Virus record (IMG/VR): IMGVR_UViG_2974499565_000001
Span: 1-38,702 of that record
DNA: 38,702 nt
Direction: 5' to 3' (one strand)
Origin: a virus
Lineage: Duplodnaviria > Heunggongvirae > Uroviricota > Caudoviricetes > Demerecviridae
Both the position numbers and the translations under genes were made by a program. Under the pieces are notes generated by a model. That model saw nothing but the letters and a program-made list of their open reading frames with translations, did no database searches and was not told the origin of the DNA. Shown one piece after another: positions 24,949-32,937 of this stretch. Within the stretch, counting starts at the first letter, position 1. Every line of letters begins with the position of its first letter.

Positions 24949-26745
24949 ATGTCACGTAATTTAATGCCTAAATCCGGCGCAATGGCGCCTTACGTTGTAG
25001 TTAATAGAGACGCCGCGGTTGCCGGCGTTTTCTCTATTGATGGAGAAGCTGGTGCTGTTGTGCTAACTTCTAAATATCTACAAATTTCAAAGTATAATAC
25101 TGATAAAGCTGCTACCGATGCATCTATCAATAGTATTAACGAATCAATTGGTAATATCAACACTGCGTTAGGTGGTATTAATACTACTTTAAATACTAAA
25201 GCTGCTAAAGGTGCCAATAACGATATTACAGAATTAAATGCACTTACTAAAGCTATTAAAATTTCTCAAGGTGGTACGGGTGGAACTACTCCTAAAACTG
25301 CAAGAAAAGGCCTTAATGTCCCTGTTGGTGCCTTGGCTGAGGTAGTACCTGATGGGGATAACGTATTAAACTATGTAGCTGTTGCTGGTCAGAGTGGGTA
25401 TTATTCCTCTGGTGAATTAGTAGTTAACGGACCTCCTAAACAAGAAGGTTGGTGGACGTATAACTTCCACTGTCATGGAGTAGACATAAATGGTGTGGCA
25501 CAATATGGTATACTTCGTGCAGTTGGATTGTCTGGTAGTTCCTGGATTAACGTTCTTGATGGTACTGATAACTGGAGAGGATGGCAGGAACAATTTAATG
25601 CTCAGACTACTGTTCAAATCTCTAATGGAGGTACTGGCGCTCAGAGTGTAGGGCAAGCAAGAAGTAATTTTGGAATTGGGGAAACTGATATACCTGTTTT
25701 TGGTGGTATTGCTCTTGATGCCAAAAATAGTAGTACATCCGGTATTCTTTATCTAAGAAACAAGAATCCAGAAGGTGCACAGATTTCATACTCTAGAGTT
25801 TATAATGAAATTCAGGGTGGAGTTGCAAAAATAACACTTCAAGTAACCAGAGAAGGTGCAGACACAAATTATTATCAGTTTGATGAACATGGAAATGCGT
25901 TGAACTATAACTCCATAACAATAGGTCGTGGTATTGGTAACGCTCTTGGTGATAATTCCTTGGTTATTGGTGATGTTAATACAGGATTTAAATGGGGTGG
26001 TGATGGGGTTTTACAAGGTTATTGCAATGGTAGCAATGTTGTGTCTTGGGATTCTCAAAATATGCATATTGATGGACTTCTTTCAGTATGGCCTATTGAT
26101 AATAATGCTAATGGTATTAGGGTTTCAGGGGCTAGAACTGGTGGCGATAATGCGTTAATTGGGGGTCAAATTGCTGGCGGCGGCTGGAATGGTTGGCGAG
26201 ATCGCGCATCTGGTCTACTTGTTGAACTATCAGGTGATGATGCCGCATCAAACATATTCAAGGCTGTTAGGTGGGGCGGTGATTGGGCTGCTGGTCTTGA
26301 TGTTGTAAGATATGGTGCTGGAGGTTGTGAGGCGCATCTTAATATAAGAGGTGCAACTTACACATTTAATGATGCTGGGTATGCGTCTGCTGTTCAGTGG
26401 GTTAACACATCCGATATTCGCCTGAAAGCAAATCTAAAAGAGATTGAAAGCGCTAAAGAAAAAGTGAAATCGATTAAGGGTTATACTTATTTTAAGCGTA
26501 ATAATCTTGATGAAGATGAACACTCTATTTATTCTGAGGAAGCGGGTGTAATAGCTCAGGATGTGCAGGCTGTTTTGCCGGAGGCTGTTTATAAAATCTC
26601 TAACAGTGAGTATTTAGGTGTAAGTTATAGTGGTATTACCGCTCTCCTAGTTAACGCTTTTAATGAACTTAATGAAGTTGTTGAAAAGCAGCAGCAAGAA
26701 ATTGATGAACTTAAGAAATTGGTAAAACAATTACTTGATAAGTAA
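24949..26745 (+). CDS. ltfB: Lateral tail fibre B (second, branching fibre) with S74-type chaperone
   Basis: MSRNLMPKSGAMAPYVVVNRDAAVAGVFS N-terminus as recalled for DT57C-type LtfB. GDNSLVIGDVNTGFKW fibre motif and TSDIRLKANL cleavage motif. AAGGA RBS. Confidence 0.88.
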   Translation: MSRNLMPKSGAMAPYVVVNRDAAVAGVFSIDGEAGAVVLTSKYLQISKYNTDKAATDASINSINESIGNINTALGGINTTLNTKAAKGANNDITELNALTKAIKISQGGTGGTTPKTARKGLNVPVGALAEVVPDGDNVLNYVAVAGQSGYYSSGELVVNGPPKQEGWWTYNFHCHGVDINGVAQYGILRAVGLSGSSWINVLDGTDNWRGWQEQFNAQTTVQISNGGTGAQSVGQARSNFGIGETDIPVFGGIALDAKNSSTSGILYLRNKNPEGAQISYSRVYNEIQGGVAKITLQVTREGADTNYYQFDEHGNALNYNSITIGRGIGNALGDNSLVIGDVNTGFKWGGDGVLQGYCNGSNVVSWDSQNMHIDGLLSVWPIDNNANGIRVSGARTGGDNALIGGQIAGGGWNGWRDRASGLLVELSGDDAASNIFKAVRWGGDWAAGLDVVRYGAGGCEAHLNIRGATYTFNDAGYASAVQWVNTSDIRLKANLKEIESAKEKVKSIKGYTYFKRNNLDEDEHSIYSEEAGVIAQDVQAVLPEAVYKISNSEYLGVSYSGITALLVNAFNELNEVVEKQQQEIDELKKLVKQLLDK

Positions 26746-26781
26746 AAGAAAACCCCAGTGGATTTCCACTGGGGTTTATTA
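26746..26781. terminator. Bidirectional intrinsic terminator at the late/early convergence
   Basis: AAACCCCAGTGG-ATTT-CCACTGGGGTTT 12-bp stem (26750-26777) between converging stop codons, flanked by A-rich and T-rich runs. Confidence 0.92.
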
Positions 26782-27048
26782 TTATCTGCTGCCAGCAATA
26801 ACACCTAAGTTAAACACTGCTAACATAGCTCTAAGAGTAGGATCTTCTGAATTGCTACATAGTTCGACAAAAGCCTCTTCATCCCACTGGATTACATTGC
26901 CTTCACGATCTACCTTAAGAACTACGTTATTCACATCCGGTTCTGCTACCATAACATGATGATACGTAGCGGGATGTTCAAATGATCCTATCATATTAGG
27001 ATCAGCAAAATTATTTACTTCCTGAGCTTCCAAAGCCGCCTTCTCCAC
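26782..27048 (-). CDS. Hypothetical acidic protein, 88 aa
   Basis: GTG start 6 nt after a strong AGGAGA SD inside the dut 3' end. It fills the gap up to the terminator. Confidence 0.75.
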   Translation of the reverse strand: MEKAALEAQEVNNFADPNMIGSFEHPATYHHVMVAEPDVNNVVLKVDREGNVIQWDEEAFVELCSNSEDPTLRAMLAVFNLGVIAGSR

Positions 27049-27457
27049 GATCAGTCTCCTCTAGTTCGTCAACGATTTCAAAATGATGAGTTGAGTAGTG
27101 TGGTAGTACTACTAGCTGACAAAGTCTCTCGAAATTCTCCAGAGTTTGCATTTCAGAACCGTAGTTAAACAAGTTCATCTTAATAGTACCACGGTAGTCT
27201 GAGTCGATCACTCCTGCGGTATTTGCGATCATTAGTTTACGCTTACCTAAAGAGCTGCGAGGAACTACCAAACCAAACCAACCTCGCGGAATTTCCACCG
27301 CGACACCGGTGTCAATCATAAGGGATTTGCCTGGTGCAATAGCACGTAAATCTGCCGCAAGGTTAGTACCAAAGAATGCACGCAGATCCATACCTGCGGC
27401 ATCATCAGAACCAATCCTCGGCATGCAATCTGGATGAGTTAGTTTAATTTTAATCAT
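27011..27457 (-). CDS. dut: dUTPase (trimeric type)
   Basis: AGMDL, PRSSLG, GVIDSDYRG and RGEGGFGSSG motifs. Confidence 0.97.
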   Translation of the reverse strand: MIKIKLTHPDCMPRIGSDDAAGMDLRAFFGTNLAADLRAIAPGKSLMIDTGVAVEIPRGWFGLVVPRSSLGKRKLMIANTAGVIDSDYRGTIKMNLFNYGSEMQTLENFERLCQLVVLPHYSTHHFEIVDELEETDRGEGGFGSSGSK

Positions 27458-28329
27458 TGTCCTGCGATCTCCAAAATATCTTTCGTAAACTTATCTAATA
27501 CGTCTTGACCCACAGCAGCAATAGCATCTACACAATAGGTCGGTAAATCAACCAGAATCAGATTTCGGAAAAGCAACTCCTCCGATGCGTTCAGATTCTG
27601 TATATATTTCTGTTTCCCAGGCAGAGGGAGTTGATCAATAATATCCAGAACATTACCAAATTCACGGATAATATTATAACCACGTTTTGCACCGATGCCT
27701 TCAACACCACGGATGTTATCACCAAGATCTCCCATAATTGCTTTCAGAGAAATAAACTGATCTACATCGTCAACGTTATGATGTTCATACATATCACGAA
27801 GGTGGTACTCACGACGTGTGGTGAAGGAAAAGCGAGAAACTCGATCAGTTAATAGAGTATCCCAGTCACCATCAGTAGAGATCAGCCAAACGTGATCATA
27901 TAAATGACCAATGAGCTTAACAATATAAGCTGCCATATCGTCTGCTTCTACACCACGAATAGTGAAAGTTGGGAATGTGGTTTCACACAACTCGAAAGCA
28001 TCACGAAGATACTCGAAGAACTGTTCATCTAGTGCTTTCTCTTCTTCTGTACGTTGAGCATACTTTTCGTCACGGTTGCCCTTATAATCAGGAAGGTGCT
28101 CTAAACGGAATACAGACTTTCCTTTATCACCGAGAACGATTGTAGTTCTAGCTGAGTAGGATTTTGCGAGAGATTGAATTGTAGAAACATAACTTGAAGC
28201 GAATGGTTTCTTACTATTATTATGTTTGAAGCGGAAGCCTAAGTTAGTTCCATCAACAATCATTAGGTTGCGACGAGAAGCCAGCTCAGCTTCTTCCTCT
28301 TCAATAAATTTTCCCCAGGATTTACTCAT
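27454..28329 (-). CDS. D15: Flap endonuclease / 5'-3' exonuclease
   Basis: 291 aa, near-identical to recalled T5 exonuclease (MIVDGTNL, YKGNR, EADD, STDGD, GDLGDNIRGVEGIG). Confidence 0.97.
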   Translation of the reverse strand: MSKSWGKFIEEEEAELASRRNLMIVDGTNLGFRFKHNNSKKPFASSYVSTIQSLAKSYSARTTIVLGDKGKSVFRLEHLPDYKGNRDEKYAQRTEEEKALDEQFFEYLRDAFELCETTFPTFTIRGVEADDMAAYIVKLIGHLYDHVWLISTDGDWDTLLTDRVSRFSFTTRREYHLRDMYEHHNVDDVDQFISLKAIMGDLGDNIRGVEGIGAKRGYNIIREFGNVLDIIDQLPLPGKQKYIQNLNASEELLFRNLILVDLPTYCVDAIAAVGQDVLDKFTKDILEIAGQ

Positions 28330-28811
28330 TATTTAATTAAGTCCTCAACAGATGCGTGATGTAACCACGGTTCGAATAACCCGATTACGATTTCCATGTC
28401 TTTCTTATTTAACACCATATGGGTACGACTCATTAAGTTGTCAACCATCGGGTCTGAGCTATCCAAAGCAATTAACCACTGTCCTCTGTCTTTCTTGAAT
28501 ATTAAGGCTGGTTTGGAGTTCATCTGTTCACCTTCACGGGAACACTGCTGCCACCACTTCTCTAGAGTGGATTCACCAACATTAAATAAGTTACTTGAAA
28601 TACTATCATCTTTATACCACTTAACTTCGAAGCAGTATTTACTAATATGTCCACTTTGTGGTGGAAGGTAGATGTCACCCTTCAGTCCATGGCTCTGGCC
28701 AAAAGCACCAGAACCTGGAACACGTTCCCACTCAAGACCAGTACGTTCGCGTAGTATGTCTCTTACTTGATACTCACCACGTTTACCTTTCTCTCTACTA
28801 TCTACGGCCAT
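28329..28811 (-). CDS. D14: D14 protein, PD-(D/E)xK nuclease / Holliday junction resolvase-like
   Basis: SREKGKRGE..GD..FEVKW motif of Hjc-like nucleases and T5 synteny. Confidence 0.85.
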   Translation of the reverse strand: MAVDSREKGKRGEYQVRDILRERTGLEWERVPGSGAFGQSHGLKGDIYLPPQSGHISKYCFEVKWYKDDSISSNLFNVGESTLEKWWQQCSREGEQMNSKPALIFKKDRGQWLIALDSSDPMVDNLMSRTHMVLNKKDMEIVIGLFEPWLHHASVEDLIK

Positions 28812-28814
28812 GTT

Positions 28815-30653
28815 TTATTCTAAGTAGGAAAATCCTTCTGCATCTTTTTTAACAGTAATCTTATGAGCTAATGGATGCGTATGCCCATGAGAAACAATGA
28901 TGGAATTCAAACTATCTTCCTCATTTAATAATTCAACGAGAGTATCAAGTCCTTTCGTATCAATAAAGCTAATCACTTCATCAAGGAACAGAAGATTAAT
29001 ATTAACTTTACTAATAGATGTTAACAGCATACGGATTGCTAACAGTGTTGCTAGATTGATTCGACTTTGCTGACCAGTAGAGCAGTTCTCCATACTGGTT
29101 CTATTTCCATCATTGAAGATTACTACCTGTAATTTCGTTTCATCAAGCTCAAATCCAAGTGCGAACTTACCAGCAGTCATAATAGAAAGATAGTTATTAA
29201 TTAATTCCTCAAATACTTTCACACTATGCTCTAGTTTATACCCTACCAGATTTTTCAATGCAGCAATCAGAATATCAAGATCAGCTACAGCTTCGGCTAC
29301 TCCATCAAGTTTGGAAGTAATCTCAGTCATTTCTGATTCTGCTTTCTCGATCTGTTCTAGTTTTGCTTTGTATCTTGCATTGGCAACTTCAACATTTGAG
29401 TTATGCTCTTTAGCCATTGCAACTTTGGAACGGCCATCAGCAATTTCCTGCTCAAGCTGTCGGATTTGCACCTGTAGGATTTGCACATTGAGTTCTTCAA
29501 AAGAAGAATCACTCATTGAGTTTTTGAACTCGTCTCTAGCTGCTACTGCCTTATCTAAAGCATCTTTAGCTCTAGAATACGCAGTGTACTCGAGTTGTTC
29601 CTTCTTTAATACTTCCAGTTGCACTTCGAGTGTTTGCTTCTCTTTAAACAGAGGATCATACTCTGTTCTAGCCATATCCATTGCTTTTTGAGCAGCAGTT
29701 GTATCAAGGTGAGTACCACAAGTAGGACATTCAGTATTTGAAGCCTCTTGCTTGAACTTCTGATAACGTTTCTTGACTTCTCCCGCACGTGAGGTAACAA
29801 TCGTTAGGTCACGCGTAACACTTGAGATCTCTTCAGATTGGTCAGTGGGCGCAGGGAAATTTTTGAAAGGCTCGAAAGATTGTTCGGCAACTTGTACAGC
29901 TTTGTCCAAATTACGGAGTTTAGTAATATTAGCCTCTTGTGACTTGGCTAATGCCGCCTTAATTTTCGACTCAGTAAGTTCTTGTGCTAACGGTTCTTCC
30001 TCAAACTCTGGAACTTCAACTGGCTCTTGTAAACTTCCGAGATTGCCTTTTCCATTGAGGATCTTCGTAATTACGGCCATCTGGCCTTGCAAGTTACTTA
30101 ACGTACTTGCCACTTCTTTACGATCAGCCTTAATAGTTTCTGACATCTCTTTATACTGTTCCTGATTAAACAGATTAACAAGAAAAGCTTTACGTGTCGC
30201 GTCGGTTGCTTTGAGGAAGTCTAGATTGGAACCTACAGATTGATAGATCAGTTTAGTGAATGTTTGGAAGTCACCACCCATAATCTCTTCAATCATCTTA
30301 TATGTTTGGGTTGCTGTGTGTCCACTGATATCTTCTCCATTCTTAATCAGTGTAACCTTAGCAGTTGATTTAACTACTTTATGCAACTCATACTCATCTT
30401 CATCTTTCGAGAAGTAAGCGTGCATATCGTACTCTTTCTTCGGAGAACCCCAAGAGAATAAGGCGTCCTTCTTGATACCACGTGAGTTCTTGTTATAAAA
30501 CAATTCCTCAATAACAGTAGCAATAGTGGACTTCCCTAGACCGTTTCCTCCGATTAACTGAGTAACTGGATTCTTATCGAAATGAATTACGATATCCTTA
30601 CCGTAAGACATAACGTTGCTGAATTTTAGTGTCTTAATTATAATCTTTGACAT
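28815..30653 (-). CDS. D13: SbcC/Rad50-like recombination ATPase subunit
   Basis: Walker A GGNGLGKS, Zn-hook CPTC in the coiled coil, signature STGQQ, Walker B LFLDE. The start is set at MSKIII (30653); 612 aa. Confidence 0.95.
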   Translation of the reverse strand: MSKIIIKTLKFSNVMSYGKDIVIHFDKNPVTQLIGGNGLGKSTIATVIEELFYNKNSRGIKKDALFSWGSPKKEYDMHAYFSKDEDEYELHKVVKSTAKVTLIKNGEDISGHTATQTYKMIEEIMGGDFQTFTKLIYQSVGSNLDFLKATDATRKAFLVNLFNQEQYKEMSETIKADRKEVASTLSNLQGQMAVITKILNGKGNLGSLQEPVEVPEFEEEPLAQELTESKIKAALAKSQEANITKLRNLDKAVQVAEQSFEPFKNFPAPTDQSEEISSVTRDLTIVTSRAGEVKKRYQKFKQEASNTECPTCGTHLDTTAAQKAMDMARTEYDPLFKEKQTLEVQLEVLKKEQLEYTAYSRAKDALDKAVAARDEFKNSMSDSSFEELNVQILQVQIRQLEQEIADGRSKVAMAKEHNSNVEVANARYKAKLEQIEKAESEMTEITSKLDGVAEAVADLDILIAALKNLVGYKLEHSVKVFEELINNYLSIMTAGKFALGFELDETKLQVVIFNDGNRTSMENCSTGQQSRINLATLLAIRMLLTSISKVNINLLFLDEVISFIDTKGLDTLVELLNEEDSLNSIIVSHGHTHPLAHKITVKKDAEGFSYLE

Positions 30654-31611
30654 ATTTAGCAGCTCTAGCCAAGATTCTATCAATGTCGCCTTGAGACAGC
30701 TTCTCGACTTCACGGAAGTAAAGCTCAAGCTCGCCTAACATATCAAGATCAACAAGATTTAACTTAGCATCTTTAGTAACTCGATGGTTAATCTTTTTAT
30801 CTAAGAGATCGGAATCTTTAATAGACTTTAACTGAACGACGTCACCAGTGACTTCATAAATTACACGGTCATAGTCACTAGGCTCCATTTCCTCACCAAC
30901 TCCGATTGTTTTACGAATCAGTTGAGGTAAGTCACCAAGTTCAATCCATTCTACTTTTAATGTGTCGGTATCAATGATAAAACAACCATTTGTACCTTTT
31001 GTGCGTTCTCTATGGAACGATGTAGTTAAGGGAGATCCTGGATATAGAAGTCTAGTAGAGCCAACAGTTTGACTATTAGTATAAGAATGTAAATCACCAG
31101 CAATTACAGTGTCATAACAGTTATACCTCGTTAGATCAACCTCTGGTTTTACATGTGGAGGGATTTCACCACGAACATGCGTGAAACATAATTTTGATTC
31201 AGATGGTTTCCACTTTGGTTTGTGGATTTCATCATAGGGGATAATATCAAATTCAGGAGAACGATATGGTTTAGTAATGACTTCCCAATTTCCGTTTGTT
31301 ACTTTATTAATAACTCCTGCATAATGATATAGACATGAAATAGTTTTAGTTAACATTTCATGGTTCCCTGTGAAGATCTTGCCTGGATGGTCAAGTCTTG
31401 ACATGAACTGTTCAAGAAGTTCTATTTCTTCCGACGATGGGTCGGCAACATCAAGAATATCACCACCAGCAATATGCAGATCACAGTTATGATTATGGAA
31501 TATGTCATTTAACCGTTCTCCTAGCATCAGGAAGCGACGCTTCTGCCACTCCTTTGGAACTTTATCTTGTCCTAGTTTGATATGATGATCAGCACTAAAT
31601 AGTATTCTCAT
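30634..31611 (-). CDS. D12: SbcD/Mre11-like recombination nuclease subunit
   Basis: Metallophosphoesterase motifs ADHH, GDILD, GNHE and GDLH. Confidence 0.95.
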   Translation of the reverse strand: MRILFSADHHIKLGQDKVPKEWQKRRFLMLGERLNDIFHNHNCDLHIAGGDILDVADPSSEEIELLEQFMSRLDHPGKIFTGNHEMLTKTISCLYHYAGVINKVTNGNWEVITKPYRSPEFDIIPYDEIHKPKWKPSESKLCFTHVRGEIPPHVKPEVDLTRYNCYDTVIAGDLHSYTNSQTVGSTRLLYPGSPLTTSFHRERTKGTNGCFIIDTDTLKVEWIELGDLPQLIRKTIGVGEEMEPSDYDRVIYEVTGDVVQLKSIKDSDLLDKKINHRVTKDAKLNLVDLDMLGELELYFREVEKLSQGDIDRILARAAKYVKDYN

Positions 31612-31617
31612 AAGTTA

Positions 31618-31645
31618 AAAAAGAAAGGGAGCCGTAGCTCCCCTT
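31618..31645 (-). terminator. Intrinsic terminator between D11 and D12
   Basis: On the minus strand: GGGAGC-TACG-GCTCCC with a C(UACG)G tetraloop, then TTTCTTTTTT. Confidence 0.85.
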
Positions 31646-31651
31646 GGTTTA

Positions 31652-32425
31652 TTAGTCGTCCAGATCGCTAGCAGCTTCAGCGTCGATGCCTTTCTGAGAA
31701 CCAGCATCTCCACCAGACTTAGCGTCACCGCCGTCTTGCTTCTCACGACCTTCCATGAAGGCGAGAATAGCTTCTTTCTGCTCTTCATAGGACGGAACCG
31801 GGTAGGTTTCTTCCAGAGAAGGAACTTTTTCGAACTTGATGAACTCACCAGTATCATCACACATAGCTTCACCGAGGATATCAACATCAGCGGCGTGCAG
31901 TTTAGACTCAGCACTGGTAGGATCTTTCAGTTTCATCTGGAACTGCATTGCTGCGATCTGCTGTACATCGTACTCAGTATCGAAGCCTTTACCTTTCTTC
32001 TCGATAGAAATATCGATATCGAATGGATCTGCCAGTTCAAGCTGCTTCATGATAGACTGGATGCCTTTCAGGATAGTAGCTTTAACTTCCATAACTTTCA
32101 GTTTGTTATCGGAACGGTCGATAACGAAAGCAATGTAGTTTTTCTTCGGTTTCAGCGGAACACGATTACCATCTTTGTCCAGCTCTTTCTCGAAGAAGCC
32201 CATTTCGTGAATCGGGTCAGCTTTACCGCGAACGAAGCTCTCTTTAGTACGGTTGAAACGCAGACACTCAAACGGAGCTGCATTACCATCTTTGTTAGTC
32301 AGCCAGTAGACATAACGTGGAAGAACACCAGAAACGATACGAACACGAGTTACACCGTTGTTGAATTTCAGGAAGTCGATTTTATCGTTAGAACCGCCAG
32401 TAGTTTCGCCCCAAGACTTAGCCAT
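31652..32425 (-). CDS. D11: D11 protein, probable ssDNA-binding protein
   Basis: 257 aa, T5 synteny, highly expressed codon bias, flexible acidic C-terminal tail (..DAEAASDLDD). The function is inferred. Confidence 0.8.
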   Translation of the reverse strand: MAKSWGETTGGSNDKIDFLKFNNGVTRVRIVSGVLPRYVYWLTNKDGNAAPFECLRFNRTKESFVRGKADPIHEMGFFEKELDKDGNRVPLKPKKNYIAFVIDRSDNKLKVMEVKATILKGIQSIMKQLELADPFDIDISIEKKGKGFDTEYDVQQIAAMQFQMKLKDPTSAESKLHAADVDILGEAMCDDTGEFIKFEKVPSLEETYPVPSYEEQKEAILAFMEGREKQDGGDAKSGGDAGSQKGIDAEAASDLDD

Positions 32426-32780
32426 ATTTTATTTCCTCTTTAAAGATTATCTTCGATTTATTGATTGCAATTAGTGGGTTAGTGTCGATTACAGAACGTG
32501 GTATCCATACGGGAACATATTGCATGTCCAAACTCGGATCGTTTGTAAACTTATATTCGGCATAATTTCGTAGACTTAGAATTCCTAGATATTCTGCCAG
32601 TTGTCTATTAGACAATTTGTAAGGGTTATCAACAATAGTTGATTCATTCAAGATGAATGAAGAACCGACCAGTAGTTGGTGAGCATCAGGCTCTGCAAGC
32701 ATTCTATTAAATAGCTTGACAATCAGGTCGGAGTTTCCTCTAGCTAAGAGGTAAATTCTCTCGTAATCAAAGAATTTCAT
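32418..32780 (-). CDS. Hypothetical protein, 120 aa (T5-syntenic)
   Basis: ATG after a purine-rich GATGAGAGAC leader directly behind a promoter. Overlaps the D11 start. Confidence 0.8.
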   Translation of the reverse strand: MKFFDYERIYLLARGNSDLIVKLFNRMLAEPDAHQLLVGSSFILNESTIVDNPYKLSNRQLAEYLGILSLRNYAEYKFTNDPSLDMQYVPVWIPRSVIDTNPLIAINKSKIIFKEEIKYG

Positions 32781-32807
32781 TTTTGTCTCTCATCAATTTA
32801 TGTATAT

Positions 32808-32837
32808 ATTATACATTAAATCGGGAGGATTTGACAA
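32808..32837 (-). promoter_or_regulatory. Early promoter, proximal copy
   Basis: On the minus strand: TTGTCA, 18 bp, TATAAT, with an AAAAATAAAAAT UP element. Followed by ATATACATAAATTGATGAGAG. Confidence 0.8.
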
Positions 32838-32908
32838 GTACAATTTTTATTTTTCTGCCTCGGACTTTCTTATCAATCCGAAACTTTCTCTCTCAAATTT
32901 ATGTATAT

Positions 32909-32937
32909 ATTATACAATAATTATGAGCAGTTGCCAA
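32909..32937 (-). promoter_or_regulatory. Early promoter, distal copy overlapping the D10 3' end
   Basis: On the minus strand: TTGGCA, 17 bp, TATAAT, followed by ATATACATAAATTTGAGAGAG (a PN25-like initial transcribed region). Confidence 0.8.

Noticed and set aside
26735-26959. 74-aa + strand ORF after ltfB
   Set aside because: It runs through the bidirectional terminator and is antisense to the RBS-bearing 88-aa gene.
30654-30728. 25-codon N-terminal extension of D13 in the ORF track
   Set aside because: It lies deep inside D12. The ABC-ATPase fold starts at MSKIII (30653).
31736-32443. 235-aa + strand ORF antisense to D11, and a 99-aa alternative-frame ORF at 31615-31914
   Set aside because: They overlap a highly biased real gene, have no RBS or promoter, and the 99-aa ORF runs through the terminator.
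32847-32876. 9-aa TTG micro-ORF between the tandem promoters (- strand)
   Set aside because: It is too short to distinguish from chance, and its 3' part doubles as the UP element.
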